Source: Gammaproteobacteria bacterium | GTDB lineage: Bacteria > Pseudomonadota > Gammaproteobacteria > SG8-11 | NCBI GenBank assembly: GCA_013151345.1 | Contig: JAADIM010000119.1 | Span: forward strand, 1-52,186 | DNA length: 52,186 nucleotides | Direction: 5' to 3' | Shown: positions 1 through 7,534 of the stretch, one piece after another | Position numbering within the stretch: the stretch's first letter is position 1 | How the letters are laid out: every line of letters begins with the position of its first letter | Notes under the pieces: model-generated | The model's input: the letters and a program-made list of their open reading frames with translations, nothing else | What the model was told of the DNA's origin: nothing | The model's database searches: none | Translations under genes and position numbers: made by a program

Positions 1-30
1 TTTTGTTAATCGCTTTGTTTTTTAGTTACA

Positions 31-92
31 AAGTAACTGAAAATAATTTCTAATGCCTATTGACTCGAGAACGGCTCATATGTGTTATGTTC
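31..92 (-). repeat. attC-like site E (downstream of the 225-aa ORF); left boundary uncertain
   Basis: gttatgttc (84-92) overlaps the ORF stop codon and is the exact reverse complement of gaacataac (783-791) at the start of the same cassette. Candidate R' boxes are ttctaat (48-54) or aagtaac (31-37). Arm pairing is weak. Confidence 0.4.
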
Positions 93-762
93 CTGACGCC
101 CATGCCGCAGGGTACCGAATCTCCGACCGCGAACCAGACTCCACTTGCATGAGCGTTTCCACAAGGTCGTCGATGTAGAGAATCGCCTGAATCATCTCAA
201 CCAGCGCAAAGAGCACAACCGGGAGTCCGTCCTGATCATCCCCAAGGAACCCGAGAGCCGACTCAACCAACCTCTTCTTGTCCGCGTTCCGGTGGTATTC
301 GTACGAGTTCAACCAATCCATTACCGTATCAACGCTTAGCATATTGCGGTTAGAAAAGTTCAAGCCCACTTGGCGCTGTAAGGCCTTGAGCGTGAACTTC
401 TCGTTGAGCATGTCGAGGTGTTTGCGGAACGCGTGGTGTTCGAGTCTTCTCTTGAGGAGCTTCTTGATCTTGTGGAAGTAGCACTCTTCGTCTTTCAGAA
501 CGAAGGGGCGGATCCTTAGTAGCAGCGCACCGACTTCTTCAGTGTCGACGGGCTTCGCGTTTGATCTAAGAGGGCTGCCCACTTCCCACCTCATGGCTAT
601 CTGCCCACCGCGCTCATTCTGCACGAAATTGGTTGAACGCAGACGTTCCACCTCCCCGTGAAAACGTCGAAGCCGTTCCCACTCGTCATCGGGAACCTCA
701 TAGAAAATGGCCTCGCCGTGAGATCCGTCGTCGGTCAGGAGTTCGAAAGCTAGCAGGGCCAT
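85..762 (-). CDS. Hypothetical protein (cassette-borne, GC-rich orphan)
   Basis: 225-aa ORF bounded by attC-like sites. I recognise no family motif. A spot count of one 60-nt line gives about 55% G+C, against about 35% in the next cassette. Confidence 0.7.
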   Translation of the reverse strand: MALLAFELLTDDGSHGEAIFYEVPDDEWERLRRFHGEVERLRSTNFVQNERGGQIAMRWEVGSPLRSNAKPVDTEEVGALLLRIRPFVLKDEECYFHKIKKLLKRRLEHHAFRKHLDMLNEKFTLKALQRQVGLNFSNRNMLSVDTVMDWLNSYEYHRNADKKRLVESALGFLGDDQDGLPVVLFALVEMIQAILYIDDLVETLMQVESGSRSEIRYPAAWASGT

Positions 763-782
763 AGTGTGTCAGCTCCATGTGT

Positions 783-890
783 GAACATAACGCCTGAATT
801 GAGTTGCGTATTTTTTTTCGCCTCTTTTTGTGCGACCTTGCACAAAAAGAGGCGAAAAAAAATATGTCAACTCGAATTAATTGTTAGGCG
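783..890 (-). repeat. attC-like site A (downstream of the kinase/TPR cassette)
   Basis: Outer arms are acataacGCCtgaattgagttg (785-) and caactcGaattaattgttaggc (-889), with one unpaired G on the plus-strand 3' arm. The inner stem is near-perfect: ttttttttcgcctctttttgtgc / gcacaaaaagaggcgaaaaaaaa. On the minus strand the boxes read GCCTAAC ... GTTATGT. Confidence 0.75.
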
Positions 891-1022
891 AAAAGTATAA
901 CAGTACTATAATTTACACATCACTATCTTACTTTATAATATTTATAGAACTAATATTCAAAAAAGCAAAACACAAGACCAACCCCACGCCTTTCATTGAA
1001 AATACTGGGTAACCTATTTTTA

Positions 1023-2531
1023 TCATTTTTTACTTATTTTAAATGTTTCTTTTAAATTGCCAACCAAATAATCTATACTGGGATCTTGGTGATCTTTAGC
1101 TACAAGCAAAAGATCTTTGATATTCTCTTCAGGATTAAACACATTAAGTTTCGCTTCTTCCAATAAATAATAATACGTAACCAAAAATAGCTTAAATCTA
1201 CTATTAACCTCTTTAGCTAACTCAATTGAGCGTTTATATCTCTCCCGACCACTAGTAATATTACCAATTCGGTAATCTAATAGCCCCTTAGTTGCCAGTA
1301 TCATTTGTTTATCAGCAGGATTAAGATTAATTTCAATAATTGAATCTAATTTTTCTTGTGCGCTAGAATAGTTCCCCAATTGTATTTCAGCAAATATTAA
1401 GTTGTTCAATAGGATTTTATTCTCTTGATTACATCTTAAACCATAGGAAGCGAAATTTTTTGATAATTTAAAGTCATTCATACAAATTGCAGCTACATAC
1501 GAGCCAAGAACTGCAGGACGACTAGAAAACGGTTGGTCATTTTGCCATTTTTCAGTACTGTTAACAGTACCTATCCAATCCTTCTTCTGATAACAAAGCA
1601 AAGCATTAGCTTCAAATGTATTTTGAAGATCTAATTTATTCAGAGGAAGTAATATTTTTTTATCTTTCCTATGCGCCCATTCTACTTGTGCCACACTATT
1701 TTCTGTAGGGTCGACCAAAGATTGATCAAATAATTTTTTAGCCTTTTTATGCTTACCAAAAGATAATTCAGTTGTTGCTACAGCTGAAGCAAGCTCGCTT
1801 ATGTGCCAAAAAGAGAATTTTTTATCTTCAATTATTTTAATTCCTATCTTAATATTCTTAGATGTCTTGCTATTTGCTTGCGCAGTCGCAATCTCCGCTG
1901 ATATTAACCAAGGGTCATATTTTAATGAACTAGCTTTTCTAATTGTATCTAATGCTCTAGCAGTATCGTCGTGATGAATAAACATTCTAACGGCAGACCT
2001 CAAAACAAACCTATTATTAGGCGCAAGATAAAGCGCATTACTCATACTTCTCTCTGCCTTAATTTTTTCACCCAATATTGTGTAAAAATACGCTAAATCA
2101 GCCCAGCCAATAGGATCTCGTGGAGTTTCACTAAGCCTTCTCTTTTGTTTTGAAATAATCGAAGCGTAACGAAACAAATCTTGGTGAGAATAATAATTTA
2201 GTTTACTTTGTAATAATTTTTCGGGTTCAGTAATAGAAACAATTAAGTCACTTAATAATTTATTTTCTGGGGCGTTTATTTTTAGAAACTTTATAACTTC
2301 CAAATATTCATTAGATTGTTCAGTTAGACACGCTGTAGCCAGAAGATCCACTGCATGAGCAATATCCTTATTACTCTGCCAATCATGATTTTTTTTGAGT
2401 AAGATTTCTTCTCGATCAAGAAATTGAATATTATTATTCAATGAAGCAAGCTGGTTACTTGATGTAGCAACATGAAACGCGCGCCATCTAGGAATAACTT
2501 GGCGATCAAGCTCATTAACTATGATACTCAA
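1023..2531 (-). CDS. TPR-like all-helical repeat protein, partner of the upstream kinase
   Basis: 502-aa ORF with a TTG start 22 nt after the kinase stop. It shows repeated helix-hairpin (TPR/Sel1-like) segments, e.g. WADLAYFYTILGEKIKAERSMSNALYLAPNN and LIFAEIQLGNYSSAQEKLDSIIEINLNPAD. No catalytic motif is visible. Confidence 0.7.
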   Translation of the reverse strand: MSIIVNELDRQVIPRWRAFHVATSSNQLASLNNNIQFLDREEILLKKNHDWQSNKDIAHAVDLLATACLTEQSNEYLEVIKFLKINAPENKLLSDLIVSITEPEKLLQSKLNYYSHQDLFRYASIISKQKRRLSETPRDPIGWADLAYFYTILGEKIKAERSMSNALYLAPNNRFVLRSAVRMFIHHDDTARALDTIRKASSLKYDPWLISAEIATAQANSKTSKNIKIGIKIIEDKKFSFWHISELASAVATTELSFGKHKKAKKLFDQSLVDPTENSVAQVEWAHRKDKKILLPLNKLDLQNTFEANALLCYQKKDWIGTVNSTEKWQNDQPFSSRPAVLGSYVAAICMNDFKLSKNFASYGLRCNQENKILLNNLIFAEIQLGNYSSAQEKLDSIIEINLNPADKQMILATKGLLDYRIGNITSGRERYKRSIELAKEVNSRFKLFLVTYYYLLEEAKLNVFNPEENIKDLLLVAKDHQDPSIDYLVGNLKETFKISKK

Positions 2532-2553
2532 TTATTTTAAGCCCCTGTATAAT

Positions 2554-3621
2554 CTACTTAGCAATCTTAATTTTATATTCTGCCTTTTTTGCTAATCGAT
2601 CAAATATATTACTATAACGCTCCACAGAATACCTTTGACCCTCACCTATTGATCGGTCTTTTGGATGCCCACGGAAACTAACGTCTGGTTCGCATAATTG
2701 CGATATAGCAGTAAGAAGATCTACACTATACTCCTCATAGTTCAGTTCAAAATAGTCTTTAAGGTCAATAATTAAATTAGAATATGCTTCTTTTAAATAA
2801 GGCAAAACATCTTCATATGTTCCACCCCACACAGATGGGTGGTATTGCTTATCCAGTTTTGTAACCAACAAAGAATTAATAGGCTGCTGTACAAATATGA
2901 AACAGATCAATCCACCCAGCATATATAAGTCTGAGCTTAATCTGCGTTTCTCCCAGTCAGGTGTCTCATAGTGGTAAAGTTTTTCTATTGGTGCATATCC
3001 AGGATCACCGGGGAAAATCTTTTCATCGTGAGGCCCTATATATCCTTTTAACGAGGATCGTCCAAAATCACATATTTTGGACGTGCGATTGTCGATAACA
3101 ACAATGTTAGATGGTTTGATATCCTGGTGTGCTATTTTTATGTAGTGCAGCTGCTTCAATCCTACAGCCACATTATGTAGTAGACAGAACTTCCAAGCAT
3201 CATCAACAACATCCCAGTTTTTTATATAGCGCCTGATATCGCCCTCACCCAGTTCAAATATTACATATTGAACATTGCTCAATAAATCTTTAGGGTCTAA
3301 TTGAATGTTATTCCACTCGATAAGACGTATCACCTTACTTAGCTTCTTTTCCTTACAAAGTTCAACTAGCTTTCTTTCAAATAAATGCTCATTTACAATT
3401 GGCTGAAGTGCCGACGCAGGGTCAGAATTTTCTAATGCTTTTGAATAATCCATAGCCTTCAGAAAGGCTTTTTCACCACTTATTTTTTCAACGACGTAGG
3501 AACATGAAAAATTAGATCCAGTTTGTTGTCCGGTCATACTTATCAATTGCGAAACTTTCCAACCATTATCTAAATTAAGACCGGTAAGCATCTCAGCAGG
3601 TTTAACAGTAGAATTGTTCAT
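2554..3621 (-). CDS. Hanks-type (eukaryotic-like) Ser/Thr protein kinase, soluble, no sensor domain
   Basis: 355-aa ORF with AFLKAM (VAIK lysine), catalytic loop HQDIKPSN, CDFG, and PGYAPIE (APE). No clear GxGxxG loop and no TM segment. Confidence 0.85.
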   Translation of the reverse strand: MNNSTVKPAEMLTGLNLDNGWKVSQLISMTGQQTGSNFSCSYVVEKISGEKAFLKAMDYSKALENSDPASALQPIVNEHLFERKLVELCKEKKLSKVIRLIEWNNIQLDPKDLLSNVQYVIFELGEGDIRRYIKNWDVVDDAWKFCLLHNVAVGLKQLHYIKIAHQDIKPSNIVVIDNRTSKICDFGRSSLKGYIGPHDEKIFPGDPGYAPIEKLYHYETPDWEKRRLSSDLYMLGGLICFIFVQQPINSLLVTKLDKQYHPSVWGGTYEDVLPYLKEAYSNLIIDLKDYFELNYEEYSVDLLTAISQLCEPDVSFRGHPKDRSIGEGQRYSVERYSNIFDRLAKKAEYKIKIAK

Positions 3622-3638
3622 AGACTTTTATTAGATTA

Positions 3639-3697
3639 CCCTAAAATAAATTTGTCAACTCGAACGCCTGGTTATAATTGACTCGCTATTTAGAATT
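3639..3697 (-). repeat. attC-like site B (downstream of the HigBA cassette), short and degenerate
   Basis: tttagaatt (3689-3697) is the reverse complement of 8 of the 9 bases aattctaac (4743-4751) that start this cassette. It has a GTCAA/TTGAC L-box-like stem and ccctaaaa (3639-3646) as a degenerate R'. It shares a 16-mer (15/16 identical), aat(a/t)tgtcaactcgaa, with site A. Confidence 0.45.
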
Positions 3698-4002
3698 GAT
3701 TACCAACAGGCAAACTCCCCTAGATTTTTTATTGCGTCACCGCAACGCATTGAACTGTTTTTTTTCGTTTACTACCAACTAAATACCCGCACGCGCTGAG
3801 TCTTTGATGGCTAATGAGTATTTCGTATCTATCAGTATAGTTCAAGATTTCAACTTTGAGATAGCTAGCTGAACAGAGATAACTTTTGAACAGAGACACA
3901 AAGAACAAAACAAAAAACTAGAAAATATAGCTGCATTCCAATTCATTTTTTTAAAATACAAATTACTAATTCTCAATAATCTCATAAAATTATAACGATG
4001 AG

Positions 4003-4356
4003 TTAAGCGGCGCGCGTCTTTTTGCGCGTCCGGCGAGCATCGCGAGCGAACTTTAACGTTTTGTTAGAATTGCTGCCTAATGCCCTCAATACTGCTTTTG
4101 GCTCTTTAGCAACAACGTTGAGCAAAACTAATGCTGGACCATGAGGCGTGCGATCACCGCGCTCCCAATGTCGCAAGGTACTTACGCTAATGCCAAATGC
4201 AGATGCAAATTCACTTTGAGACATTCCAACATTAGAGCGAACATTTTTAACATCGATAGGAGTAAACTCATGTACGATTGCTTTTAACTTTTTACCCTTA
4301 GCATGCTCTATCGCTTCACCAAGACCTTTTTTGATACTCTCATATGCATTACTCAT
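4003..4356 (-). CDS. HTH (XRE-family) antitoxin, HigA-like
   Basis: 117-aa ORF overlapping the toxin stop by 4 nt. The HTH segment is MSQSEFASAFGISVSTLRHWERGDRTP. It lies downstream of the toxin, which is the HigBA gene order. Confidence 0.8.
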   Translation of the reverse strand: MSNAYESIKKGLGEAIEHAKGKKLKAIVHEFTPIDVKNVRSNVGMSQSEFASAFGISVSTLRHWERGDRTPHGPALVLLNVVAKEPKAVLRALGSNSNKTLKFARDARRTRKKTRAA

Positions 4357-4694
4357 TTATTTCCACCTCCATAGCTCTTTACTAGTATTGCTGTCAGCTT
4401 TGCTAATTCCTTACCCTCTGCTTTTGTAATATTCGCTTTCTCGCCTTTCCCAAATACGGTGAGCAAAAATAAAGGTATCGTTTCATTATGATGATAATAA
4501 ATAACTCGTACACCTCCACTTTTACCCTTGCCTTGAGCTGACCATCGTAACTTCCTGATACCTCCTGTTCCTTGCATAATATCGCCAGCGGCTGGATGAG
4601 TCGCTAAGTAATTGATAATACTTTCTTTCTCATCCGTTGAGAGTAGTTTAGAAGATTTTCTTTGAAATTCTGGGAGTTCAACTACAGTTTGCAT
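4353..4694 (-). CDS. RelE/ParE-superfamily toxin, HigB-like
   Basis: 113-aa ORF. GGIRKLRW...GKSGGVRVIYYH...LFLLTVFGKGEKANI is typical of HigB/Gp49-like toxins. It precedes its antitoxin. Confidence 0.8.
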   Translation of the reverse strand: MQTVVELPEFQRKSSKLLSTDEKESIINYLATHPAAGDIMQGTGGIRKLRWSAQGKGKSGGVRVIYYHHNETIPLFLLTVFGKGEKANITKAEGKELAKLTAILVKSYGGGNK

Positions 4695-4703
4695 GAACTA
4701 TAG

Positions 4704-4722
4704 TGTAATCCAATGGATTACA
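4704..4722. promoter_or_regulatory. Perfect 9-1-9 palindrome, candidate HigA operator in the TA promoter region
   Basis: TGTAATCCA-A-TGGATTACA lies 10 nt upstream of the higB-like ATG. On the minus strand it is flanked by TTGATC and TACACT/TATAGT hexamers. Confidence 0.55.
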
Positions 4723-4742
4723 GTGATCAAGATGAAATTTAA

Positions 4743-4842
4743 AATTCTAACGCCTTGCTCAGCGGCAATTCAAAGCGGCACGTTTTTGCGAATGCAAAAC
4801 AAGTGCCGCTTTGAATTGTCCGCTGGAGCTATTTGTTAGCAT
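4743..4842 (-). repeat. attC-like site C (downstream of the DUF4209-like cassette)
   Basis: Left arm ttctaac-gccttgc-tcagcggcaattcaaagcggcac pairs with right arm gtgccgctttgaattgTccgctgGagc-tatttgttagca. Two unpaired bases (T, G) lie on the plus-strand 3' arm. gttagcat (4835-4842) is the reverse complement of atgctaac (6731-6738). Confidence 0.8.
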
Positions 4843-6715
4843 TTTTAGGTTCATGCTCATCCGCTGGTTTATTATCAACTTGCCCTGAATGTTTTGTATT
4901 CAAAAACGTGTTGAATACGATACGTAGGCCAAGCCACCATGCGTAAATAGAATAGGTTGATTGAGTTTCTTCGTAACCTAAAAGACCATGAGCCAGTTCA
5001 TTTCTTAAATTAGGGCCAAAAGAATTACAAAAAAGCGCTTTTATCTCAAAGGACAAATCTTCACCAAATATATCCTTGATTTCTGGTAGTTCTGCTAATG
5101 TGCTAAGCCCATTCTCATTTTCAATTCCATTTATGTCTAAATTTGTTGTTTTGACTCCATGCTGCTTCAAATGAAATCGAACTAAATTTTCAAGTTGTGG
5201 AATTAATATATGGAGCGCTGTTACAAAATCATTGTCATAACCAGCGAACAATGCCTTCGCTATCAATTGCTCACACTCTTGAGGTACGATTGGCGATTGC
5301 CTTGTTATCGAGTAAAAATCACCTTCTCGAAGCCGATGCTCTTGTCGCATTACCTCAAGCGCTGGCCAAATATTGCCCTGAACTACAATACCTAATTCCA
5401 TTGTGTAGTGTTTAACCATTTCTGGCCAAACAGTAGCTTCATCATCACCATTTCCTCCCAAATCTGCACCAGGACGCTTTGCTATTATCCTACCATCACG
5501 TGACATGTGAGTAGCAGAAAACATGACTTGCAGAGGATGTTCTCTCAACATTTTTTCAGAAAACTCTCTTACCTTTTTTACTCTTGCTCCTTGGTATACA
5601 TTGGCTAATGCAGCTAATGCATCAATAGCACTTTTTCCCCTAACTGAATTTCTAGAATTTTCAATAAATTCACTAATATCAATCCCTGGGGAAGTTATTT
5701 TTCCCATTTCTTCTAGTGACATTTCACCAGCAGAACTTAACTTTGTGCGAAGACTTGAAATTCGGCCATCAACATCATAATTACTTCTTTGAGATTTTGG
5801 GATGTTCCTGTACTTTTGGATAGCATTTTCATAAAATCCTGCAGCAACCATATTGCTAGGTGAATTTGAAGATTGTCTTGCTACGGCCTCCTTCTCCCAT
5901 CCTTCTGCTACTTTTACAGTTACCTCTGCACTTTTATCTTCGTTTCCTAATTTTCTATATACTTCCGCTGCTGCATCGAAATAATCTCTTGCTCTATGTA
6001 AATCGCCTGAGTCATCAAAATCAATTGCTAGTTGTTCTAGCTTCTGAGCTACACTGTCTTGTTTTTGGCGGCCTAGATTATGTTTTGAAAGTAGGTCAGA
6101 AACCCATAGAACTAAATATCCATCTTCATTAGTTAAATTTTCAACTACATCTAGCAATTCTTTTTCTATCTCTTGCAGCCGTTCTCCAGCACCAGCTTTA
6201 AGCATAAAACACAGCTGAATTGATCTGTCCCAACATTCTCGGCCATCTCTAACCCATAAATTAGTGCTAATTGGTAATCGGCGATAATTATCTATTGCTA
6301 ATAGTGCATGCTTTGGATCTTTTGGTTTCAGGAGCAACCATGATATATCAGCAATGCGAGCACAAAGACGAGGGTCGCTAATTTCCTCCGCTATCTGAGC
6401 AAAAAGAGAAATCTCATTTTCCTGAAAGTCTTCTGGCAATGCGGATCTCTTTCCATCCATTACCATATATGGTTTAAAAGGTTCATTGAGGCTTGAAGGT
6501 CTAAGCATCATTGAACAAGCATCTGCGAGAATCCATAGAATCTTTCCTTCTGCTAATTTTTCATTTTCGATAGCTTGCCTAGCAAAAGAAGAAAGAGATT
6601 GCCATATAGAGGAATAGTCTTCTCGATTCGCATCAGCTATTGCTGCTAGCCAATCGCTATTTCGAAAATCATCTATAGAGATGTCTATGCCTTCTGGATA
6701 TCTCTCCATTATCAA
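4829..6715 (-). CDS. Large protein with a C-terminal RNxxxHG motif (DUF4209-like, HEPN-type Rx4H)
   Basis: 628-aa ORF. The track start is TTG at 6715; ATG at 6709 lies 10 nt after AAGGAG. The C-terminal sequence FGPNLRNELAHGLL is encoded at 4985-5005. The N-terminal two-thirds is helical with no motif I recognise. Confidence 0.75.
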   Translation of the reverse strand: MIMERYPEGIDISIDDFRNSDWLAAIADANREDYSSIWQSLSSFARQAIENEKLAEGKILWILADACSMMLRPSSLNEPFKPYMVMDGKRSALPEDFQENEISLFAQIAEEISDPRLCARIADISWLLLKPKDPKHALLAIDNYRRLPISTNLWVRDGRECWDRSIQLCFMLKAGAGERLQEIEKELLDVVENLTNEDGYLVLWVSDLLSKHNLGRQKQDSVAQKLEQLAIDFDDSGDLHRARDYFDAAAEVYRKLGNEDKSAEVTVKVAEGWEKEAVARQSSNSPSNMVAAGFYENAIQKYRNIPKSQRSNYDVDGRISSLRTKLSSAGEMSLEEMGKITSPGIDISEFIENSRNSVRGKSAIDALAALANVYQGARVKKVREFSEKMLREHPLQVMFSATHMSRDGRIIAKRPGADLGGNGDDEATVWPEMVKHYTMELGIVVQGNIWPALEVMRQEHRLREGDFYSITRQSPIVPQECEQLIAKALFAGYDNDFVTALHILIPQLENLVRFHLKQHGVKTTNLDINGIENENGLSTLAELPEIKDIFGEDLSFEIKALFCNSFGPNLRNELAHGLLGYEETQSTYSIYAWWLGLRIVFNTFLNTKHSGQVDNKPADEHEPKNANK

Positions 6716-6730
6716 AAGACTCCTTTTTTT

Positions 6731-6807
6731 ATGCTAACATCCCGCATAACTAGCGTGTGCATTTTATGCGTCAAATTTGAAGCGGTTGTTATAGGTTATT
6801 GTTATTT
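6731..6807 (-). repeat. attC-like site D (upstream boundary of the DUF4209-like cassette), degenerate
   Basis: atgctaac (6731-6738) is complementary to the inverse core of site C. It has an internal 7-bp stem cgcataa/ttatgcg and three tandem GTTAT boxes at 6788-6807, the last overlapping the esterase stop codon. The spacer is strongly asymmetric. Confidence 0.45.
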
Positions 6808-7509
6808 CAGACTCGTTATTTTTTGCTCGATGGCCTGGGTGATTTTTGATTTCATATCGGTGAATATACCATGGTGGCCTCCATCAAATTCAGAAAACAT
6901 CACATTAACACCCTTTACCTGCAAAATATTTACTGCATTCTTGCCTCCGCTGATCGAAATTACGCTGTCATTTTTGCCATGAAAGGCAATAACTTTAGCG
7001 CCTGGTCTAAATGTTGCATCACCAAGATGCTCATTAGATAGCTGCCCAGATACTGGAAAAATATAAGAATAACTATTGCCATATTTTGCGGCCTGATAAT
7101 AGGCCATCATACCCCCACCAGAGAAACCCAGTAGAATCGGTTTCCGTACAGTCGGGTATTTTTGCGCAAGTAACTCGATTGCCTCATTTACCGCTTTTCC
7201 ATATAGAGCAAAATCAGACGCGCTCCATGGCCAGGCACTGCCACTGCCATGGGAAATAGGGCCTTTAAGTAAAATAATGCGTGCGGGAACGTTTAGCTGA
7301 TCCAAGGCAGAATTATAGAAATTCTTAGCCGTATCGCCATTACCATGGAGCGCAACTAGCATAGGAAGATAATCCGTTCGACGACTATTCCCAGAATATT
7401 CTACAATATAACTAAAGCTGACATCGTTAGTGGGTACACTAATAGTCGGATCTTTAAACCACCATTGTGCGAGCCCCAATACAAAAATAATTAGAATAAT
7501 TTTTTTCAC
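6802..7509 (-). CDS. Secreted alpha/beta-hydrolase (carboxylesterase/phospholipase family)
   Basis: 235-aa ORF with an N-terminal signal-like segment, the GFSGGG nucleophile elbow (GxSxG), and a conserved His near the C-terminus (GGHHG). Confidence 0.75.
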   Translation of the reverse strand: MKKIILIIFVLGLAQWWFKDPTISVPTNDVSFSYIVEYSGNSRRTDYLPMLVALHGNGDTAKNFYNSALDQLNVPARIILLKGPISHGSGSAWPWSASDFALYGKAVNEAIELLAQKYPTVRKPILLGFSGGGMMAYYQAAKYGNSYSYIFPVSGQLSNEHLGDATFRPGAKVIAFHGKNDSVISISGGKNAVNILQVKGVNVMFSEFDGGHHGIFTDMKSKITQAIEQKITSLK

Positions 7510-7534
7510 TTTTACCTACTATTGTTTTCTAATA

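Larger units (their letters stand above)
1..6807 (-). mobile_element. Integron-type gene-cassette array with no integrase in the window (CALIN-like); five attC-like sites delimit four cassettes
   Basis: Five imperfect palindromes are bounded by TAAC...GTTA boxes. The first bases of three cassettes are the exact or near-exact reverse complement of the inverse-core box of the cassette's own attC (9/9, 8/8, 8/9). All cassette ORFs lie on the strand predicted to be the top strand. G+C changes sharply from cassette to cassette. Confidence 0.65.

Noticed and set aside
85-762. HEPN-type Rx4H motif (RRLEHH) in the 225-aa orphan
   Set aside because: This is a single short match in a basic helix, with no supporting context. 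It is too weak to call.
5197-6132. Plus-strand ORFs of 61-90 aa antisense to the DUF4209-like gene, and similar antisense ORFs within asnB, hyuB, speE-like, secY, rplB and other genes
   Set aside because: All are embedded in longer, motif-supported genes on the opposite strand. They are typical shadow ORFs with low-complexity translations.
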